This document shows positions 42,280 through 53,037 of a stretch of DNA of 64,000 bases, in pieces. This DNA is from Azolla caroliniana (taxonomy: Eukaryota; Plantae; Polypodiophyta), in the NCBI GenBank assembly GCA_043228905.1, contig JBHGNT010000013.1:19406001-19470000 (forward strand), in the 5' to 3' direction. Each line of letters begins with the position of its first letter. The stretch's first letter is position 1. Below the pieces are notes generated by a model. That model was given only the letters and a program-made list of their open reading frames with translations, ran no database searches and was not told where the DNA came from. Made by a program: the position numbers and the translations under genes.

Positions 42280-43260
42280 TTTAGGTAGAGTGTCTTTACA
42301 CTCCAATATTTACAACAGAAATGTAACCATAGATATTCAACCACATTACCCCAGTATGCATTTATCATCTTGTAGTGTGTAAAATTTCAAAAAAATACCA
42401 TGTACCTTCTTGGTTGGGCTATCAAGGTGGAAATAACCATTTTTGCATGGTGTAGCACCACATTGGCACGCCATCTACATAATCCACCAAGGGCGAATTT
42501 GACCATCATTGATTGTTGAAGTGAAAGTTTCGCAGCTTCCACCGTGCCCAAAGTTCCTTCCATCTCTTCATATTGAGCTCATATATTCGTATTGTCTCAT
42601 TTGGTCGACTTTCTTCTCATGCAAAACCTACGTTGCATCTAGATTTCCAAATGTTCCATAACGTGATAGAGGCTATGGTGTGCCAAATGTAACTCAATGT
42701 ATTCAAACACCGAATTTGCAATCCCTTGGCTGGTTGTACATGTAGTTATTTCTTTGCACACAAAACGTTGTTAGCCTACCTAGGTCTCCTAATATCTAAG
42801 TTTTGTTCTCCAATGTCCACCTTAGTGCAAATCCCAAAGATATGTAGCTTTCCAACTTGCTCTTCATTAGTATTCTCATAACTTTTGACCAAACTTTGTT
42901 GTGCATGAGAGCATTCCCAGAAGCAATGCTCTAGAGATTCTAGTCTTGAAGACTACAACATGCATTTGCCATCAATTCCCCTTTTCTACAACCAAGCGCC
43001 TACCGGAAGAGATTTGTGGCTACATAACCATAAGAAAGCTTTTCTTTTTTCGACAATCTTAGTAGACCATAATTGTTTCCAATATTGTTTTAGGAAATCA
43101 ACATCCAATTCTTCCCTGATCCACTTGCTAGAAAGGCCTTTTTGCTCCAAGTTCTAGCTCTGTAGAATATTGCTGCCAAGCTTAGACGAATAATGGAAAA
43201 ATTGAATATTACCTTTCGGAGTGTTCCATCCTAATTCCGATGGATCCCACGTCAAGTTCT
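42280..43260 (-). mobile_element. 5'-truncated L1-type LINE (3' end)
   Basis: Minus-strand remnants QLWSTKIVEKRKAFLWLCSHKSLPVGAWL, ESLEHCFWECSHA (zf-RVT) and IWHTIASITLWNIWKSRCN. Its 3' region (~42280-42480) is shared with a second copy at ~32015-32315. Confidence 0.75.
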
Positions 43261-43642
43261 TCATGCATGTGTCCTCCAAGATCCAAATTTTATAACTTGC
43301 ATCATTTTTGCATTTGTGTGGGTCTACTTCTCATTGTTTTTTGCATCTCGTAAGTTAACCAAGGATGGTGAATGTTTACGAAAAGAATGTCTAAGTTTAA
43401 GGTTGAAATGCATGGGTTAATTAATTGCTCTTAAATATAAGGTCCTTTTGTTAAAGTTTTTTTTGTGCTTTATCTTTATCGCATTCACACTCCATCTCCT
43501 TGCCAACATCATCTCCCTCATCGTTATAACTCCCTTCCACTACATCATTGCCCTGATTTTGGTAGTAACGACAAGTTTTATGTTAAGACTGAAGTTAGGT
43601 CCAATCTAGGTGTAAAGAATCAGCTATGATTTTGTGCGGCAG

Positions 43643-43688
<46 letters not shown>

Positions 43689-46600
43689 GACCAGAAAACT
43701 GTATTAACAAGAGAATAAGATAACCAACATTTACAAAAAGGAGGAGAAAGTGCTTATGTAGTCACCTTCTGTCTATACTGTATTAACAAGGAATAAGATT
43801 AACCAACCGTTAAAAAAAGGAGAAGGTGCTTATGTGGTCACATTCTCACTATGTTCTCTCACTACAACCACCACTTGGAAAGGAGGTGGAGACTTAACTA
43901 CCTACTAGATTTGTGTCACACACTAGTTACTATATTAGGAGGTGTGGTGTTCACACACTTGAGCATACTAAAGTGTGTTCCCACACTAGGGAAGTTGAGT
44001 TTGATTCTCAACACGCCCCTTCAAATGCAACTTCTGGTCGTCGGATTATTGGTTCGGACTGGTCACTGGTCTTCGGGTCGACTTTGAGTTGGCTTCGGAT
44101 AACTGTTTCACTCATGTGTTCGTTCTACTTCGTGTCGGGCGGTTGAGTCATCCATACTCCCCCTCAAGCTCGGTTGGTCGGTAATAGAAAGACCTAGGTT
44201 CGTCATGAATTGCCGCAACTTGTCACCCCCCAAGGCCTTTGTGAAGATGTCGGTTGTTTGAAGATTCGTGCTGATGTGTTGTAGGTCGACATATCCGGCT
44301 AGGACACACTCTCGGATGAAGTGATAATGGACCTCAATGTGCTTGGTCGGAGCGTGGAAAATTGGGTTGCGGCCAGGTGGATATTGCTCATGTTGTCGTA
44401 ATAGAGGAGAGCTAGATCCTTGATGGGAACGCCCGGATCCTTCAAGATTCTCTTCAGCCACACAATTTTGCATGTAGTAACTGCCACGCCTCTGTATTCG
44501 ACCTCTATGCTCGACAGTGCAACCGTCGACTGGTTCTTACTGCTCCACGAAATGGCTCCCTACCGAGGGAGAAGACGAATCCTAATGTTTTATCGTCTAT
44601 CGGTTTTGTAGTCAACCTAGTTGGAATTGGAGTACCCTTCGAGACGAATTGGTGTGGCCGATTTGTAGAGGATATTCATCTCCTCATTCATCACTTTGAC
44701 CCATCGCAGGTCCTTAGCGGCGTCTGAAATCTTTTCCAGCTCCCAAACTATTCTCACCTTCATCATGAATGCATAATGATATACCATCTGGTTGTTGTAG
44801 CCGAATCGGCTGACCACGTTCTTCTCTTGAGTAGACCGACAAAGTTGTTCACTCGTCTTTGTGAACACTTTCCTTGCTCCTGGTGTCCTCATGATAGGCA
44901 TATCCAATCCACCATACTCATTGTCGAGTGAGTGAGCCGATACGTTTCCATCTAAGTCTTCGAACTCAGGCATTTTGGCCTTTCCTTTGTCTAGTTTCAG
45001 ACTTGGCTGCAACGTGCTTTGGTCACTTGGAGGCTCCTGCGGTACACTCAACCTTGTTGAGATTGGACTTTCCTCTTTTGTCAACTTTAGTCGATCCTTC
45101 TCCTCCGAATCTATGCCGCAGATGGTTTCAATTGGATTGGATGGAATTGAGTCGACTATGTACCAGGAAGTCGATTCGTCGAATATGACATCCCTACTCA
45201 CTCGTACATTCTTGGTAGAGGGGTTGAAGCACTTATACCCTTTTTGTTTGAGCGAGTACCCCTTGAGGATACAGTTTTCCAATGTTGGACTCAACTTTTG
45301 CCACTTTTCATGGGGAATATGTAAGAATGCGATACAACCGAATATCCTTATGTGGGATAGGTCCAACTTCTTTCCATAGAACTTTTCATGGGGGGTTACA
45401 TCGTGCACTCCAGATGTTGTGCATTGATTCATTAGATAGATGGTTGTGCTTGCCGCTTCAACCCAGTATGATTTCAACCAGTTTTTCTCATTCCTCATTG
45501 CCCTTGCCACCTCGAGTATATGCCAATTCTTTCATTTGGCTACCCCGTTCTGTTGAGGTGTGTGTCAACAAGTAAACTGCCGTTGAAATCCTTCTTGTCG
45601 AAGGTATGTTGTGAAGGCATCAAAGAAATACTCTTTGCCTCCGTCCGATCGAAGGCACCATACATGTTGGTTTCAATTTTGTGTTTAAATTTCTGGAAGT
45701 GAGAGAACACTTCACTCTTTTGCCACATAGGGAATATCCATGTGTGCCTGGAGAAGTCGTCGATGAACGTCACATAATATCAACAACCACTGAATGTAGT
45801 TGTTTGGGTTGGTTCCCGTACATCTGAATGTATTACATCTAGGGTTCCTTTGCTCACCTTCCTCTCCTTTGGGAATGGTTGTCGATGTTGTTTACCGAAT
45901 TCATAGGCTTCACATACGCATGCAATCTCCTTCTTGGTAAAGGTCGGGAGTTTGATGATAACTCCTTTTGACTGCATTCCTTTGACCTTTTGGATATTGA
46001 TGCAGTCAATCCTTTTGTGGCACAACTCTATGTCAGTGTTGGATCTATAGCCCTTGGCAAACATTGCCAGTTTCATCTCGTGAGAATCGAGAATGAACAT
46101 CCAACCTTCTCTTCGACCGCGAGCGATAATTTGGCCTTCCTTTTCAATGAACCATCCTCCGTCGTTGAATCGAACTTGCATGCCTTGTTCCACAATCTAG
46201 GCATCCAAGACCATATTCTTCGTTATTGTTGGAACATGAAAGACGTTCTTGATGTAGGTTTGGTTGCCCTCTTTGCTTAATGGGACATTAAACATGTTCG
46301 TGTTCACAAGTGGAAGGATCACGCATAAATGGAAGGCTAAGGAATATTTTGATTGATTTTAGTACTTTTCCAATGATTTTACAAAACACTGTTGATAGTA
46401 GTATCATACATGTTCAAATATACTATGAAAAATGTTAAAAATCCACTATTTTCGTGATTTAGAAATAAATAAAAAAAGAGGAATTTCAAAAAGTTACATT
46501 CTCAATTTATATCACAAACTTTACAACCAATGTTATTTTATAAGAAACGATTTTTTAGAAATTATTAGAATTCAAAACACATGCTTTTATATTACTCGAT

Positions 46601-49600
46601 TTGTTACAAGCGGAATGTAGTTACTCTTAATAGCCAAAAATACATTCATGATCATGATCACTCCTTTACAGAGAATCACTACTATAACTAATATACAATG
46701 ATGATTCCTCCTCGTCATCCTCGGATGTACCAATCAATGCATTATCTTCGTCATAAACCAAATGGTTTGACTCTAGATTATATGTAGTAGATCTCGTTTG
46801 CCTTCGACTCGAGCCAACTTATAGACTTGCTAATTTCTCTTTTATTATATCTATTGTTGACTTCCTTAATCGTCCGGCTTTTGTAAGCGTGAAGTCATAC
46901 ACGATGATATCCACATTAGAGATATTAAGGGTCGAGGTGTTATGAATGTTTCGCTTCCTCTTCCTACCTCCCCTTGTCGTTGGGCATTCAATCATCTCCA
47001 ATGTATACTTACCTGTAAAAGCATTTGCACTTCTAGTGTTGTACCAATGAACGTTTATAGACTTGATCGTGTTTTCTATTTCATGCATTAGCATTTCTAG
47101 AATTTTACCAACCCAAAATTGATGGCCATGTGAGTTCTCATCAGCCGCCGTTGCAATCAACATCCCCGTCGCGAGCTCTTGCAAATTGCCTTACCATCTA
47201 GCTTCGACTACTTTGGTCATCCTTGGTCCCACATAAATGTTTCTTTGTTGTGGATGGACCAAACTATCATTAATCGCATTTGCTAGTTGCTCCGGAGTTT
47301 TATTTACACAATCATGTTGTAGCGACCATGTGAATGGCGTTTCCAAATTCCAATTATCACCAAATACACAATTGTCTATAATTCCTTTCTGATCACTAAA
47401 AAATACATCCCACCCTGACGCGTCTTGTTGTACGGCATATTTCTTGGCGGCCTCAATATGCTTTCTTTTTTCTTCTAAGGCTTGGAGTCATAACCGTTTT
47501 TGTTCCGATACCAAGTCACTATGCAACTGTCCTTTCTTCTCAATTGGCATTTGTTTAGCTCCATGGACAATTGTACTCGGCATGCAAAGTAATAACTGGC
47601 AAACACCTTTAGGTTCCCATGTTGTAGAAGATGAATATTGTTTAGCATACAAAACCGTAGAACCACTTATTTCATTTTTCTTTATCATAAAAATGTGATT
47701 AAAGCTTATATTGTTTAACTTGGAGAGCACTTTAACATTCCCAACACCCCCATCTGATATATATCTCTTAAAGTCATATACCTCCTTCAAGTGTAACACT
47801 TTTGGGCGTGGTGTATATGCATCACAAATGACATAAAATAGTTTTGGTAATGTGAAAGCATCATGCCGAGACAACTGTCTGGAGAATGTGCTAAACATCT
47901 GATCTATATGATCATGTGTGTGGCCAACCAAAAGAAATTTGACTTTCAGTTTTCTAAACAATCCTTGGTTGACCAACATACTTAGATAGCCAAACATAGT
48001 AGAATTTTTGTTCTCTCTAGCAGTATTGTCCAATTGAATGTATAGAACAGGGGGGAACGGTTGGCCCCAAGACATCAAAACTTGGTGAATCACTGTAACT
48101 GTTAGGTTAGGGTCATTGTGAACATTGGGGTATGTAATGAAGACGTGAGGTCCAACTGACCTATTATAAGCCAAGCATCCCACCAAGTGCATTTGAACAA
48201 GGCACTCATCATTGACGTCTTTGGGGAGCCTCCGCATATGTAACAATCGGCAATGGTTCAGTTCGAACCGAACCGAACCGAGAAACCGCGGTTTAACCGG
48301 TTCGGTTCGGGTTTGGATTTTCACAAATGGTTCGGTTTCGGTTCGGTTCGGTTCGGGGGGACACAAGTTCAGTTCGGTTTGAGTCCTCATCGGCTTAATG
48401 GTTTCGGTTTAAACGGTTTGATGAGATACTTTTATAAATTTTCTCTCTCCAACACATTTTTTGAAGGTTAATTATGTCAATTTAGGAAAAAGTGATCAAA
48501 TTTAACCTAGCTTTTCAAAAACCTAGTTTGTATACCTATTTTTAATTTTACTTTTATTTCTTATTCAAACAGTAGCTACAAACGAGTCTCAATTCTAATT
48601 TCGCTTCTCCTTCATCTCCCTCTCCTTCTTCTACAGATTGCAGCGGTTCTTCTCCCTCTCCTTCATCATCTTCTCCTTCTTCTTCTACAGTGGTCAGGCT
48701 AGTTTGTGAGCGCTCAAACTAATCAGGTATTTTTCCTAAACATAGTTCATGTGGAATGCATCATATAAGGCACATAAATACTTCTTTGAGCCAGAGAATT
48801 GGGATGAGCCACATAATACGATTCTGAAGGTCCAAAGGGTATTTCTACAATCTTTGGTGGTCCATTGTAATCGTGGATTCGTGTGTTAAGACAACATCGA
48901 TTAAAATATAAAAGCCTTGTATTCATCTTACAGTCATTGGTTGCCAAAACCTATAAAAAGCATTGTATATTCCCTTCTTTATAGACAACATGACATACTG
49001 CAATTTAGAGTGGTCTTGCTTTCAACTTTTATGTTTAACATTGTGGTCCACTTCTTGTGTTTTTGGCATGATTGCACGTCCAATGATAACATAACCTATA
49101 GAGGTCTTCTTTACAAATGTTGGTTTAGCTTGGAGTTGCCTCTTCAATTATTTGTTAGTGAGAAATAGTTATTTTATGACTTTTGTACTACGTGTCAGAT
49201 GTTCTCACCATGCCAAGCGTTCAGCAATTGGCATGTCCTATTTCCTGTACATCAAGAAAACATACTGGTGGGATAGGTAGATAAAAGGTGTCAATGGTGA
49301 TTTGGCATGAATAGCCACTATTTTTAACCAACGCTATCATGTCGTTATCACATCTTTTTTTATGATTCGTTGAATCTATGTGATAAATTATTTAAACCTT
49401 TTTTTATGATTCGTTGAAGGTGCTTAGGAATAAGCCGCAAATGCTCAGGAGTATCATAATCCACGTCTTTTGATTCCTTATATGCATTGGATTTTGTACT
49501 ATTTTCAATCAAGATATATGTTCTCGTATAAATATTCCATGTTAAGATCTATCTCCTTCAATATCTTGAGTAATCTATGGCCTTGATTTTATATGTATCA

Positions 49601-49662
49601 TCTTATTATACAACTAATTATGACTTCATTGTCCGATACAGTTTTCTAATTCCTCATAGAAC

Positions 49663-51901
49663 ATGGAGTCAAGTGTGGATGCCCCTTCAATGAACACTCT
49701 ATCATCCCCAAACACAATGTCCTCGGCTTCTACAAGTCAAACATCTCAAGGAAGATCAAAGAGACAACGAACTTCATGGACAGACCGACACACGATAAAT
49801 ATCATAGATAATGGTGTGCCCCGCCGTCGATGCTCACATTGCTCTAGTACTTGGTCAACTAATACATCCACGGGTACACTAACAAAATATTTATTAGAAA
49901 AACATCACATTAATAGCACATCTGAGCCACATAGTTCCTCAAGTATGAGTCCAATGTCTATGATCCAAAATCCCTTAGATAGATCCAAGCTTCTAATAAC
50001 TCGCACATTAGAGAAGAAAATTGATAGCGCTGTCACAAAATATATAATCACAGAAATGTTGCCTCATGTCCATGTTGAGTCCTTAGGTTTTAAACAATTC
50101 ATGCATGATGTCTTACCAGGGTATAGGCTTAAGTCAGCACGTACTTTAAAACGATCAATAGGGCAAATGTATGTTGTCATTCGTCAAATAGTTATAGGTG
50201 TTTTGTCTACACTCGATTCTCGTTTTGCAATTACATTTGATGGGTGGTCTAATAATAGTTTGAAAGGATTTTATCCAATGACATTACATTGGGTATGTAG
50301 AGAATCTGCCAAGCCAATGTCTATGCTCATTTATTTCTTCCATGTATTTCTTGGTGATGGCGTAGGTAAGCGTTGTGGTCAAGCTTTATTTATGCGTTTA
50401 AAATCCTTCGGTATTTCTTCTCACATCTTATCCGTAACATCTGATGGTGCTAGTGATGCTATTGTGGCATCAAATGAGTTGGGTAGATTGCTACATGATA
50501 TGCATGGGGATGATATTTTGCCTTCATCAAATATGTTGAGATGTATGGTTCATGTATTTCAACTTGGTATTAAGGCTGCATTAGAGGTCATCTCACCTTC
50601 CACTATGAAGTTGAGAAATATTTTGGTATCCATACGTTCTAGTAAAGTTCGTAGAGCTATATTTAGAAAGTATTCTAAATCAATGTATGAGCATGGAGAG
50701 CGGGAATTATGAGATGGAATTCCACCTTAGAAATGTACCAAGAAGCCTTGAAACTTAGAGATGTTTTAAGTTGTACTATAGCCGACTCTATTATTACTGC
50801 GGATTTTGTTGATAGTATGCTTACTATAGATGATTGGAACCACATACAAGCAATGGAACAATGGCTTCTTCTACCTACTAGAATTTGTACCTATTTAAGT
50901 GGGTCAAAGTACCCCATCCTCTCACTAGCTTCTCTTGCCTTCAATGGCATGTTATCACATTGTAACAAGTATTTGGGAGTGGATGTGGAATCAATAGAAT
51001 CTAACACAAGTAAGGTAACTATTGAAGTGCAAGAAAAAGCTAGTGACAAATGTTTACAATATTTGATAAGATATCAAGAATCGTTGAAGTCCATACCTTC
51101 TCGAATTGCGACCTTTCTTGATCCACGATATGTTGCTCTATTAATAGCTTTTTTCATACATAGTAAATTGATTGGTATATTTTTTTCATACATATTTCGT
51201 AATGTGTTTCATCTTCATATATGTTTTCAGAGTTCCAATATCCAATAACGCAATTGAGAGGAATTTGGATATTGATTTGGTTCACAAAGTCTTGGAAAAA
51301 AATTATGTAGTTTATGTTCCGGCTTCTAATGATGAAACACATGAAAGAGATGTTACAAAACGTGAAGATCTTTGGGAAATCTTAGGTGTCAATAAGCCTT
51401 CTCAAGAATCAGTGACATCTTCACAATTAGAAATGGAACAGTTTATGAGATTTCCTCTAGCAGTAGCACAAACAGATATTGATCCACTTCAATGGTGGTT
51501 TAACAACAGGTTTGCTTCACATTTCTCAATTATAAATTTAACATTTTTCATCAAATTTGTGCAAAATCAGTTTCAAAATGTTTGTTTACATCTAAACCAG
51601 GTTTGCTTTACCTCGAATGTACAAGATGGCGTGTGATTATTTAGCAATACCAGCATCATCAGTGCCTTCAGAGGAGGCTAATTCTGAAGCAAAAGATAAC
51701 TTTCACGATAGAATTCGTCTACACTCATGAACTTTCAAGGCTGAAATGTGCATTAGGTCATGGTTGGATGTCCTTAATGAGGCAAATGTTTCATTACCTG
51801 AAGACTTTAGTGAAGCGTATAATAAGTTGGATATAGATGTGGAAGATATTGCTATGGAGGATGATGTAGTGGACTATATGTTGAGTCAAATTAGAAGTTA
51901 G
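49663..51901 (+). pseudogene. hAT transposase with BED zinc finger; frameshift at ~50705 and two short introns
   Basis: RRCSHCS...TSTGTLTKYLLEKHH (BED), AITFDGWS, VTSDGAS, RCMVH, RWNST, ATFLDPR, DPLQWW and DYLAIPASSVPSEE (dimerisation domain). Confidence 0.92.
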
Positions 51902-52093
51902 AACACGTGCTTAATTGCCCATATATTTCTTTTTAATTTCAAACATTATACTTTCATATTGTTGATGAACATATTTAAAATTTAAAATTTAAGTGTTTGG
52001 CATTTGAACTTAAATTTGTTCATTTTTCATGATTTGGTGGTTTTAACTTGAATCCACCATTGTTATATTGATGTCATTTTAAAATTATTTCGT

Positions 52094-53037
52094 ATGCTGG
52101 AGAGGCTTAATCAATCTAGTGAAAAAATTAAAGAAAGCAAGAGGGCTATTCTAGAAACTGAGGAGCTTGGTGTTTCCATATTGCAAGATCTCCATCAACC
52201 GAGACAAGCACTCCTTCATGCACTCCTTCAACCGAGACAAGCACTCCTTCAAGCAGGTACGATGATATATAGTTTTTCTACTTTGCTACTCTCTAAATGG
52301 AGATATTTTCTCTGGTTGATTTGTTCATGATTACATTTCAAGGTTTTTAGTATTAGAGAAGCTAGATTACTTTAAAATTAAGAATTTGTTCTCTTAATAT
52401 TTTGATTCTTTCTTATGTATCTATGCTAATTTTTTGAGGATGTTGCTTTTGATATTGTAGCTTGGTGTCAGGTGATGTGGATGACAACATTGGCAAGAGT
52501 AAGAAGATTTTAATATCCATAACACGAAGATTTACAGGTCATCAGGCCTGTGAATGTTTTATTTTGTCTGATGACCTGTAAATGTGTCATTTTTTATGAT
52601 GAACTACGAAAATGCTTGTCTGGTCTCTTAAAGTATTCTATGGACTTATGTGTGTTGTCTTTGTTTGCCTTACATATTCTCTTGGTTGCAACTTGCTATT
52701 ATAGTACACAACTGCAGTTGACATGCAGAGCATTGGATGCATATTCGCTGAACTATTGACAGGAGAACCACTCTTTCCTGGTAGAAATGTTGCACATCAG
52801 TTAGACCTCATTACTGACTTGCTGGGAACACCGTCTCAAGAAGTTGTTGCTAAGGTTCCGAACAATCCCTAGTTTTGTAAATTTCATTAGACACGAAGAA
52901 TAAGTCACAACAAATGGATTATGGGTGGACTTATTGGTGCTCTTGTTGCAATTTTCATCAAATGAATTATGGGTGCACTTATTGGTGCTCTTGTTGTTGC
53001 AATTTTCATCGTTGCATATGAGAAACTTTCCTCATAA
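52094..53037 (+). pseudogene. VTI1: Captured 3' fragment of a VTI1-family Qb-SNARE gene, intron retained
   Basis: ERLNQSSEKIKESKRAILETEELGVSILQDLHQ, an intron 52257-52460, DVDDNIGKSKKILISITRR, and then (after an insert) ISHNKWIMGGLIGALV...YEKLSS*. Confidence 0.88.
52705..52854 (+). pseudogene. Captured single exon of a group-D (TDY-type) MAP kinase
   Basis: After a TAG acceptor the sequence reads [50 protein letters not shown], then GT. This matches kinase subdomains IX-X (cf. [42 protein letters not shown]). Confidence 0.9.

Noticed and set aside
48253-48471. ORFs and repeats rich in EPNRTE / FGSVRF (also 20245-20439 and 53294-53360)
   Set aside because: These are translations of hAT subterminal AACCG repeats. 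They also give false ends to the flanking transposase ORFs.
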